64,000 nucleotides of DNA from Octopus sinensis (lineage: Eukaryota): contig NC_043001.1 of assembly GCF_006345805.1 (NCBI RefSeq), forward strand, positions 17,856,001-17,920,000. The letters run 5' to 3'. The translations under genes were made by a program, and so were the position numbers. The notes under the pieces are model-generated. The model did no database searches and was not told where the DNA came from. It saw nothing but the letters and a program-made list of their open reading frames with translations. Positions 1 to 11,800 of the stretch are shown one piece after another (position 1 is the first letter of the stretch; each line of letters opens with the position of its first letter).

Positions 1-1298
1 GTGCCAGGAATCGATACCAGAATTCTCCAAAACTACTAATTATGTTTTTGATAGATCGTCTATTGCTTAATCTCATTTGAAATTCCGGGCTTTGGAAAAT
101 TTTCATATACATAACAGAAACGCTTGATCTCTAACTGGGAAATTAACTCAAATAGTAGAACGCTCGCTTTGCATGCGAGAGCTACTGGGATCGATTCCCG
201 GGTTCTCCAATAAAGCTATTTTCGTTTTTGATATCTTGTCTATTACTTGATTTCATCTTCATTTACATTTCAAATTCCGCAATTTTTTATAAATTATCAT
301 ATACACAACAAACATGTTAAGTGGGGAATTAGCTCAGATGGTAGAGCGCTCGCTTTGCATGCGAGAGGTACCGGGATCGATACCCGGATTCTCCATTGAA
401 GAGATTTTTGCTTTTATAAGTTGTCTATTACATTTTCCTTTACTTTTGAAATTCCGGGTTTTTGTTGTTTTTTTTCATTTTCATATACATAAAAAAATGC
501 TGCAGTCTCTTACCGCGGAATTAGGTCAGAGAGTAGAGCGCTCGCTTTGCATGTGTGGAGTCCTACCAATCGATTCCAGGATTCTCTAATAATGTCAATT
601 TTGTTTTTGATAACTCGTCTATTACTTGATATCATTTGCATTTGAAATTTCTGATTTCGTAAAATTTTCAAATACTTAACAAAAAACGGGGAATTAAATC
701 AGATAGTAGAACGCTCGCTTTGCATGCGAGAGATACTGTGATCGATTCCCGGAATCTCCAATAAAGCTACTTTTGTTTTTAATATCTTGTCTATCACTTG
801 ATTTCATTTTCATTTACTTTTCAAATTCAGATTTTTTTAATTTAATTTTCATATACATGACTAAATTTTGTGTGCACCAAAAGGGGTAGATCGATCGCTT
901 TGATATCAACAGGTACCAGGATTGATGCCCCGTTTCTTCAATACAGCTAATTTTCATTTTAATATCTTGTCTATTAATAAGATTTCATTTTCATTTACAG
1001 TTGAAATTCCGAGGTTTTTTTTTTAAATTTCTACATACATAACAAAAACAAATATTCACTCACAGGGGAATTACATCAGAGGGTAGAGCGATCGATGCAT
1101 GGATTCTGGGATCGATGCATGGTCCTGGGATCGATGCATGGATTCTCCGATGAAGCTAATTTTTTTTCTGATCTCATTTATTACTTAATTTCATTTTCAT
1201 TTACTTTTGAAATTCCGCGTTGTCTGAAATTTTTCATATACATAACGAAAACTTATGGTCATTAACCGGGGAATTAGCCCAGGTGATAGAACGCTCGC
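1..1298 (+). repeat. Old degenerate ~185-bp tRNA-Ala tandem array (mostly pseudogenes)
   Basis: tRNA-like bodies recur near 1, 137, 323, 515, 688, 880, 1064 and 1268, separated by a related AT-rich spacer (gctacttttgtttttaataacttgtctattacttgatttcat...aaattccgg...ttttcatatacat). Confidence 0.85.
323..395 (+). tRNA. tRNA-Ala(TGC), intact
   Basis: GGGGAATTAGCTCAGATGGTAGAGCGCTCGCTTTGCATGCGAGAGGTACCGGGATCGATACCCGGATTCTCCA, 73 nt; acceptor stem GGGGAAT/ATTCTCC with G3:U70; loop TT-TGC-AT; T-run downstream. Confidence 0.95.
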
Positions 1299-3048
1299 CT
1301 TAACTTAAAATCAGAATTTTAGGCTAAATATCAGTAGAAAAAATACCCAAAAAGGCTAAAAAATTCTAAACATGACAAAAAAATGCTGAAGACTAATTAT
1401 ATCAAAATGCCTAATTTTTATTTACATTTTTATTTACTTTTTTTAATTGTATTCAGCATTGAGAAATACCTTCTTGAATTTCACTGATTTGATCACTTTC
1501 AGCTGCAGGTCTTGACTTCTGTATACATTCAAGGTCCCAATCTTGTTAGTTATGTGTTTTGGAATATCGAAGATTTTGCAACATTTGCCATATCTTTACA
1601 GGCCATATTTTATTGACAGTATTGATCTAAGCATAGGAAAATGCATTTTGTTTTTCAATTTTGATTTGACTACACCCATACTACTGAACAACCGTTCAAC
1701 TTCTGCATTTGCGTTTGGCAATGTCAATAGATTAATGGTAAAATTTGCAACATCTCTAAAAGGATTTCCCCCAGTAGCATCTTTATATCTTTATATTCCA
1801 AGACTTCCAGTCAGAATGCCTCAGTATTAGACGTATTTGTCCATTTAACTAAATGAATGCTATTAAACTGAATTTCAGTTGAAGCATTTTGTTCTTCATT
1901 TAAATGCATTGCTTCTAAGACAGGTAAAATTGGTTCTTTGAAATGCTGCAAAATATTCTTTACTGAAAAACATTTGATATTCTTCAGTATATTAATATTT
2001 CCTGGCAAATGGTGCTTGAACTCTTTATAAAGGCAGAGTAAAAATTGTGCTCTTTTACGAATATTATTTTCTTCGGTGGCTGTTAAAGTCTTCTTGATAA
2101 TCATTTCTGCTATCTTTCACTCGAACAGTAGCCTAAATTTGTTGATTGGGATCCAGAAATTTTTCAATAGAAGCATCCGGATCAAGAGAATTAATTCTAC
2201 ATGCTGGCAACACTATCATATTAGCAACACATTTGATCAAATTTGAAAGGTCTTCAAGTAATTTTGTTTTGTCGACAGTGTTTGATTCAAATAGTTTATT
2301 CATTTCCTGAACATGTTTTAAAATTGGATGCAAAAATAAAAGTTAAAGTTCATTCGTAGAATCACAAAAAATTTCATGTAACGTTTGTGCTGTAAAGCAT
2401 TTTTCCTTTGTAGTTATAGTTTAGAAGTGAGTTTGGCTTAAAATTCCATTTACCGCAGGTTCTATTGACAGTCACCTAGTTGTACAAGAATTCACGATCT
2501 TCAAAGGCTCTTTATCATTGATAGCAAGGTAAAGTTGTTTGTAGGCACTTTGTCTTGTTGAAGAATGAAAGGACCATTTATAGGTTTCGGATACTAAAAA
2601 TTCTAAATTTACGGGCAAGCATTCAGCACAAGTGTGGGATACTGCCAACTGTAAAGAATGACATACAAATCTAAATAGAATTAATGATGGGACTTCTTTT
2701 AATTTCTGGAAAACACCATTGTTGACTCCTATCATTACTTTAGCATTGTCGGCTCCTATAGCCATTAAATTTTTTATATCTAATTTCTTTTTCACCAATT
2801 CAATTTTTAAGGCATCTACAATGCCATCTGCACTACATGTTTCTAAAAATACCATACTGAGAGATGTATGTACCACATTTTTGTGAGGGTCACTATAATA
2901 TATAACAATTCCTAACAACTTGTTTATCGATATATCATTGGATTCATCTAATAACAGGCTAAATTTTCTATCTCCTATATAAGAAATCAAATCTCCATCA
3001 AAATATGGAGCTAGAACATTTATCACAATATTTGCACATCTTGTACGA
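1299..3048 (-). mobile_element. 5'-truncated hAT-superfamily transposase pseudogene
   Basis: ORF 2472..3026 has FSLLLDES, IGADNAKVMIG and CHSLQLAV; minus-strand translation at about 1640-1730 gives LLTLPNANAEVERLFSSMGVVKSKLKNKM (hAT dimerisation motif); broken by stops and frameshifts. Confidence 0.85.
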
Positions 3049-4100
3049 TAAAGCTACTTTTTGTTTTTAGTAGCTTGCTCATTATTATTTTATTTTATTG
3101 TCACTTACTTTGGCAATTCCGGTTTTTTTTTTCCATATACAAATCAAAACCGTCTCGCTGCTAACTGGTGAATTAGCTCAGACGGTAGAGCGCTCGCTTT
3201 GCATGTGAGAGGTACCGGGATCGATACCCGGATTCTCCAGAAGAGCTACTTTTGTTTTTAATAAATTGTCTACTACTTCCTTTCATTTATATTTGAATTT
3301 CCGAGATTTTTTTAAAATGTTCATGTACGTTACAAAAGCGTTAAAAACCCTACCGGGGAAATAGCACAGCTGCTAGGTCCTCGATTTGCAACTGAGAGCT
3401 ACCGGGATCAATGCCCGGAATCTCCATGAAAGCTGGTTTTCTTTTTAATAACTTGTCTATTACTTCATTTCATTTATTTTTGAAATACCTTGGTTTTCTC
3501 TTTTTTTAATTTTCATATATAGAGCAAAAACCCATGGTCACTAACCGGGAATTAGCTCAACTGGTAGAGAGCTCGGCTTATATTCAGGAGGTACCGGGTT
3601 CGAAACACTGAATCTCCAGTGAAGCTACTTCTGTTTTTAATAACATGTCTATTACGTCATTTCATCTTCATTTACTCTTAAAATTTTGGGTTATTAAAAA
3701 TTTTCATGGGCATATTAAAAACCTATGACAGCTAATCGCTAACCGGGAAATTACCCCAGGTGGCAGAGCGCTCGCTTTGCATTTGATAGGTAACGGGGTC
3801 GATGCCCGGATTTTCTAATGGATATATTTCTGTTTTTTATTAACTTGCAAATTTTTTCGTTTCACTTTCATTTACATTTCAAATTCCGGGATTTTTGTTT
3901 AATATTCATATACATAGCAAACCCTATGTTTACTCAGCGTAGAATTAGCTCAGGATACAGGGCACTCGGTTTACATGCGATATGTACCGGGTGCAGTCCA
4001 CGGATTCTCCAGTAATACAACTTTTGTTTTGTTATTATATCTCTTGTTTCATTTTATTTTTATTTACTTTTGAAATTCCAGGAATTTAAAAAAAATTTTC
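3049..4100 (+). repeat. Continuation of degenerate tRNA-Ala array
   Basis: Near-intact copy at 3167-3239 and decayed copies near 3355, 3546, 3745 and 3937 with the same spacer. Confidence 0.8.
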
Positions 4101-4102
4101 AT

Positions 4103-4265
4103 AGGTGTAAGAGTGGCTGTGTGGTAAGTAACTTGCTTACGAACCACATGGTTTCGGGTTCAGTCCCACTGCGTAGCACCTTGGGCAAGTGTCTTCTACT
4201 ATACCCTCGGGCCGACCAAAGCCTTGTGAGTGGATTTGGTAGACGGAAACTGTAAGAAGCCCGTC

Positions 4266-4307
<42 letters not shown>

Positions 4308-5305
4308 GAAAAATACAAACTGGGACAAGAACGTAAAACATTTAGAAGACGATACAAAAAACACGGACGGGACATTCGAAGCCTTCAATCTTCAGTCAAG
4401 AACCGGATCATCGTAGCAATTTAGGCTGATTAATCTTAGATCGCTCCGATCCGGCCAGCCCAAAGGAAAAACTAAGCTACGATATATATTGAACCATTTC
4501 TTATTTTGATTACAATTTAATGACTTGTACTAGAATGGTGTATTTTATTTAATTTTAAAGTATTTAATAATTCAAGTATTGTTTTAGTTTTCACTTATGT
4601 ATATATATTTATTAATTAATTATTTTATTGTTCTAGTTTATTTTCAACCTGACGAGTGACTGTATTTATACCGAAGTGATTTCTCTACTACTATAATCAT
4701 TTCTTAACTATAGCCACGAAACACGTGTCGTTATTCTACAAAATATATACGTTTTTATTATTATTTTTTTTTTGTAATTTACTTAATCATTGACATTTTA
4801 TTGTTATTTTAATTTTAATAATATGTAATTTTCTAGATGGTGTAATTTAATTGTTCATTTTGAATTGATAAAAGGAGTTTTTTTCTAATTTTATATATAT
4901 ATATTATATTGTGTGAAATTTGATTTAATATTTCTAAATTGAATTTTTTTCTTGTAAGTTTGGATTTTATTCCCTCAAATAATTATATATATGTATGTAT
5001 GTATGTATGCATGTATGTATGTAAGTATGTATGTATGTATGTATGTATGTATGTATGTATGTATGTATGTATGTATGTGTGTGTGTGTATATGTTTGTGC
5101 GTCTGTGGTTGTCCCCCCAACATCACTTGACAACCGATGCTGGTGTGTTTACGTTCCCGTAATTTAGCGGTTCGGCAAAAGAATAAGTACTAGGCTTACA
5201 ATAATAAGTTCTGGGGGTCGATTTGCACGACTAAAGGAAGTGCTCCAGCATGGCCGCAGTCAAATAACTGAAACAAGTAAAACAGTCAAGAGAGAATAAA
5301 GAGTA
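4103..5305 (+). mobile_element. SINE family A (tRNA-like head, internal microsatellite), with nested insertions at about 4310-4980
   Basis: Head gagtggctgtgtggtaagt..ggttcagtcccactgcg..ccttgggcaagtg; tail ccagcatggccgcagtcaaat.actgaaacaagtaaaa; repeated many times in the window. Confidence 0.8.
4646..4732 (+). ncRNA. Type I hammerhead ribozyme motif
   Basis: AAC-CTGACGA-GTG...CAC-GAA-AC(ACGT)GT-C-GTT: full core, palindromic helix III, GUC triplet at 4727-4729; helix I only 3 bp. Confidence 0.65.
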
Positions 5306-5872
5306 TACATAAAAAACGTATGTTCTTCAACCGGGGAAATATTTGAGGGGGTAGAGCACTCGCTTTGCATTCGAGGAGTATCGTGATCGAATCCCAGGTT
5401 CTGCAGGAAAGCTGCGTTATATTTTAATATCTTTTCTTTTAATTCGTTTCATTTACTTTTGATATTCCGGTTGTTTTCGTATATTTTTATTTTCATACAC
5501 ATGACAAAACTTGTGGTCACTAACCGAGAAATTGGATCTGTTGGTAGATCGCTCCCGGTTAGTGAACATAAGTTTATTTTATGCATATGAACATTTCTAT
5601 TTTGAGTAAACGTAGGTATTTTGTTATGTGTATAAATATTTAGAAAGTAGACCCGTAAATGTAAAGGAAGTTGAGAAAGATATCAAGTATTGAAGACAAC
5701 GATGTTCCACTGGAGAAATCCGTGAGCACTCAACCATTTGAGCCAATTCTCTGGCGAGTGTTCACGGGCTTTTTTTATGAATATCAAACTTTTATAAAAT
5801 TCCCGATTTTCAAAACAATATATAAGTGATATATAGCAGTTGAGAAATTATTGAAATAGAAAGAATCTTCAT

Positions 5873-8800
5873 TGGAGAATCCGGGTAAGGATCCCGGTAC
5901 CCCTCGCATGCAAAGCGAGCGCTCTACCATCTGAGCTAATTCCCCATTCCACAGGTTGCCGATGTTAGAGAAATATGAAAGGTTGAAAACAAACCCGAAA
6001 TATCAAACGTAAATGTAATCAATAGGCAAGTTATGAAAAACAAAAGAAACTTCATTGGAGAATCCGGGTATCGATCCCGGTACCTCTCGCATGCAAAGCG
6101 AGCGCTCTACCATCTGAGCTAATTCCCCCCTCCAGAGGTTGCTGATGTTAGATAAATATGAAAAGTTGAAAACACACCCGGAATATCAAACATAAATGAA
6201 ATCAATAGGCAAGTTATGAAAAATAAAAGAAACTTCAATGGAGAATCCGGGTATCGATCCCGTAACCTCTTGCATGCAAAGCTAGCGCTCTACCATCTGA
6301 GCTAATTCCCCATTCCACAGGTTGCTGATGTTAGATAAATATGAAAAGTTAAAAACAAACCCGGAATATCAAACGTAAATGAAATCAGTAGGCAAGTTAT
6401 GAAAAACAAAAGAAACTTCAATGGAGAATCCGGGTATCGATCCCGGTACCTCTCGCATGCAAAGCGAGCGCTCCACCAACTGAGCTAATTCCCCCTTCCA
6501 CAAGTTGGTGATGTTAGATAAATATGAAAAGTTGAAAACAAACCCGGAATATCAAACGTAAATGAAATCAATAGGTAAGTTATGAAAAACAAAAGAAAGT
6601 TCAATGGAGAATCCGGGTATCGATCCCGTAACCACTTGCATGAAAAGCTAGCGCTCTACCATCTGAGCTAATTCCTCATTCCACAGGTTGCTGATGTTAG
6701 ATAAATATGAAAAGTTGAAAACAAACCCGGAATATCAAACGTAAATGAAATCAATAGGTAAGTTATGAAAAACAAAAGAAACTTCAATGGAGAATCCGGG
6801 TATCGACCCCGGTACCTCTCGCATGCAAAGCGAGCGCTCTACCATCTGAGCTAATTCCCCCATCCACAGGTTGCTGATGTTAGATAAATATGAAAGGTTG
6901 AAAACAAACCCGGAATATCAAACGTAAATGAAATCAATAGGCAAGTTATGAAAAACAAAAGAAACTTCAATGGAGAATCCGGGTACCGATCCCGGTACCT
7001 CTCGCATGCAAAGCGAGTGCTCTACCATCTGAGCTAATTCCCCCCTCACAGGTTGCTGATGTTAGATAAATATGAAAGGTTGAAAACAAACCCGGAATAT
7101 CAAACGTAAATGTAATCAATAGGCAAGTTATGAAAAACAAAAGAAACTTCAATGGAGAATCCGGGTATCGATCCCGGTACCTCTCGCATGCAAAGCGAGC
7201 GCTCTACCATCTGAGCTAATTCCCCCCTCACAGGTTGCTGATGTTAGATAAATATGAAAGGTTGAAAACAAACCCGGAATATCAAACGTAAATGTAATCA
7301 ATAGGCAAGTTATGAAAAACAAAAGAAACTTCAATGGAGAATCCGGTCATCGATCCCGGTACCTCTTGCATGCAAAGCGAGCGCTCTACCATCTGAACTA
7401 ATTCCCCCCTCACAGGTTGCTGATGTTAGATAAATATGAAAGGTTGAAAACAAACCCGGAATATCAAACGTGAATGTAATCAATAGGCAAGTTATGAAAA
7501 ACAAAAGAAACTTCAATAGAGAATCCGGGTATCGATCCCGGTACCTCTCGCATGCAAAGCGAGCGCTCTACCATCTGAGCCAATACCCCCCTCCACAGGT
7601 TGCTGATGTTAGATAAATATGAAAAGTTGAAAACAAACCCGGAATATCAAACATAAATGAAATCAATAGGCAAGTTATGAAAAACAAATGAAACTTCAAT
7701 GGAGAATCCGGGTATCGATCCCGCTACCTCTCGCATGCAAAGCGAGCGCTCTACCGCCTGAGCTAATTCCCCCTTCCACAGGGGGCTGATGTTAGATAAA
7801 TATGAAAGGTTGAAAACAAACCCGGAATATCAAAAGTAAGTGAAATCAATAGGCATGTTATGAAAAACAAAAGAAACTTCAATGGAGAATCCGGGTATCG
7901 ATCACGGTACCTCTCGCATGCAAAGCGAGCGATCTACCATCTGAGCTAATTCCCCCATCCACAGGTTGCTGATGTTAGATAAATATGAAAAGTTCAAAAA
8001 AAACCCGGAATATCCAACGTAAATGAAATCAATAGGCAAGTTATGAAAAACAAAAGAAACTTCAATGGAGAATCCGGGTATCGATCACGGTACCTCTCGC
8101 ATGCAAAGCGAGCGATCTACCATCTGAGCTAATTCCCCCATCCACAGGTTGCTGATGTTAGATAAATATGAAAAGTTGAAAACAAACCCGGAATATCCAA
8201 CGTAAATGAAATCAATAGGCAAGTTATGAAAAACAAAAGAAACTTCAATGGAGAATCCGGGTATCGATCACGGTACCTCTCGCATGCAGAGCGAGCGATC
8301 TACCATCTGAGCTAATTCCCCCATCCACAGGTTGCTGATGTTAGATAAATATGAAAGGTTGAAAACAAGCCCGGAATATCCAACGTAAATGAAATCAATA
8401 GGCAAGTTATGAAAAACAAAAGAAACTTCAATGGAGAATCCGGGTATCGATCCCGGTACCTCTCGCATGCAAAGCGAGCGATCTACCATCTGAGCTAATT
8501 CCCCCATCCACAGGTTGCTGATGTTAGATAAATTTGAAAGGTTGAAAACAAACCCGGAATATCAAACGTAAATGTAATCAATAGGCAAGTTATGAAAAAC
8601 AAAAGAAACTTCAATGGAGAATCCGGGTATCGATCCCGGTACCTCTCGCATGCAAAGCGAGCGCTCTACCATCTGAGCTAATTCCCCCATCCACAGGTTG
8701 CTGATGTTAGATAAATTTGAAAGGTTGAAAACAAACCCGGAATATCAAACGTAAATGTAATCAATAGGCAAGTTATGAAAAACAAAAGAAACTTCAATGG

Positions 8801-11800
8801 AGAATCCGGGTATCGATCCCGGTACCTCTCGCATGCAAAGCGAGCGCTCTACCATCTGAGCTAATTCCCCCATCCACAGGTTGCTGATGTTAGATAAATT
8901 TGAAAGGTTGAAAACAAACCCGGAATATCAAACGTGAATGTAATCAATAGGCAAGTTATGAAAAACAAAAGAAACTTCAATGGAGAATCCGGGTATCGAT
9001 CCCGGTACCTCTCGCATGCAAAGCGAGCGCTCTACCATCTGAGCTAATTCCCCCCTCCACAGGTTTCTGATGTTAGATAAATATGAAAGGTTGAAAACAA
9101 ACCCGGAATATCAAACGTCAATGAAATCAATAAGCAAGTTATGAAAAACAAAAGAAACTTCAATGGAGAATCCGGGTATCGATCCCGGTACCTCTCGCAT
9201 GCAAAGCTAGCGCTCTACCATCTGAGCCGATACACCTCTCCACAGGTTGCTGATGTTAGATAAATATGAAAAGTTGAAAACGAACCCGGAATATCAAACG
9301 TAAATGAAATCAATAGGCAAGTTATAAAAAACAAATGAAACTTCAATGGAGAATCCGGGTATCGATCCGGGGACCTCTCGCATGCAAAGCGAGCGCTCTA
9401 CCATCTGAGCTAATTCCCCATGTTGCTGATGTTAGATAAATATGAAAAGTTGAAAGCGAACCCGGAATATCAAACGTAAATGTAATCAATAAGCAAGTTA
9501 TGAAAAACAAAAGAAACTTCAATGGAGAATCCGGGTATCGATCCCGGTACCTCTCGCATGCAAAGCGAGCGCTCTACCATCTGAGCTAATTCCCCCTTCC
9601 ACAGGTTGCTGATGTTAGATAAATATGAAAAGTTGAAAACAAACCCGAATATTAAACGTAAATGAACATAGGCAAGTTATGAAAAACAAAAGAAACTTCA
9701 ATGGAGAATCCGGGTATCGATCCCGGTACCTCTCGCATGCAAAGCGAGCGCTCTACCATCTGAGCTAATTCCCCATGTTGCTGATGTTAGATAAATATGA
9801 AAAGTTGAAAACGAACCCGGAATATCAAACGTAAATGTAATCAATAAGCAAGTTATGAAAAACAAAAGAAACTTCAATGGAGAATCCGGGTATCGATCCC
9901 GGTACCTCTCGCATGCAAAGCGAGCGCTCTACCATCTGAGCTAATTCCCCATGTTGCTAATGCTAGATAAATATGAAAAGTTGAAAACAAACCCGGAATA
10001 TCAAACATAAATGAAATCAATGGGCAGGTTATGAAAAATAAAAGAAACTTCAATGGAGAATCCGGGTATCGATCCCGTAACCTCTTGCATGCAAAGCTAG
10101 CGCTCTACCATCTGAGCTAATTCCCCATTCCACAGGTTGCTGATGTTAGATAAATATGAAAAGTTGAAAACGAACACGGAATATCAAACGTAAATGAAAT
10201 CAGTAGGCAAGTTATGAAAAACAAAAGAAACTTCAATGGAGAATCCGGGTATCTATCCCGGTACCTCTCGCATGCAAAGCGAGCGCTCTACCATCTGAGC
10301 TAATTCCCCCATCCACAGGTTGCTGATGTTAGATAAATATGAAAAGTTGAAAACAAACCCGGAATATCAAACGTAAATGAAATCAATAGGCAAGTTATGA
10401 AAAACAAAAGAAACTTCAATGGAGAATCCGGGTATCGATCCCGGTACTTCTCGCATGCAAAGCTAGCGCTCTACCATCTGAGCTAATTCCCCCATCCACA
10501 GGTTGCTGATGTTAGATAAATATGAAAGGTTGAAAACAAACCCGGAATATCAAAAGTAAGTGAAATCAATAGGCATGTTATGAAAAACAAAAGAAACTTC
10601 AATGGAGAATCCGAGTATCGATCCCGGTACCTCTCGCATGCAAAGCGAGCGCTCTACCATATGAGCTAATTCCCCATTCCGCAGGTTGCTGATTCTTGAT
10701 AAGTATGAAAAGTTGAAAACAAACCCGGAATATCAAACGTAAATGAAATCAATAGGCAAGTTATGAAAAACAAACGAAACTTCAATGGAGAATCCGGGTA
10801 TCGACCCCGGTACCTCTCGCATGCAAAGCGAGCGCTCTACCATCTGAGCTAATTCCCCCATCCACAGGTTGCTGATGTTAGATAAATATGAAAGGTTGAA
10901 AACAAACCCGGAATATCAAACGTAAATGAAATCAATAGGCAAGTTATGAAAAACAAAAGAAACTTCAATGGAGAATCCTGGTATCGATCCCGCTACCTCT
11001 CGAATGCAAAGCGAGCGCTCTACCATCTGAGCTAATTCCCCCCTCACAGGTTGCTGATGTTAGATAAATATGAAAGGTTGAAAACAAACCCGGAATATCA
11101 AACGTAAATGAAATCAATAGGCAAGTTATGAAAAACAAAAGAAACTTCAATGGAGAATCCGGGTATCGATGCCGGTACCTCTCGCATGCAAAGCGAGCGC
11201 TCTACCATCTGAGCTAATTCCCCCCTCACAGGTTGCTGATGTTAGATAAATATGAAAGGTTGAAAACAAACCCGGAATATCAAACGTAAATGTAATCAAT
11301 AGGCAAGTTATGAAAAACAAAAGAACTTCAATGGAGAATCCGGGTATCTATCCCGTACCTCTCGCATGCAAAGCGAGCGCTCTACCATCTGAGCTAATTC
11401 CCCCATCACAGTTGCTGATGTTAGATAAATATGAAAGTTGAAAACAAACCGGAATATCAAACGTGAATGTAATCAATAGGCAAGTTATGAAAAACAAAAG
11501 AAACTTCAATGGAGAATCCGGTCATCGATCCCGGTACCTCTCGCATGCAAATCGAGCGCTCTACCATCTGAGCTAATTCCCCCCTCACAGGTTGCTGATG
11601 TTAGATAAATATGAAAGGTTGAAAACAAACCCGGAATATCAAACGTGAATGTAATCAATAGGCAAGTTATGAAAAACAAAAGAAACTTCAATGGAGAATC
11701 CGGGTATCGATCCCGGTACCTCTCGCATGCAAAGCGAGCGCTCTACCATCTGAGCTAATTCCCCCCTCCACAGGTTGCTGATGTTAGATAAATATGAAAA

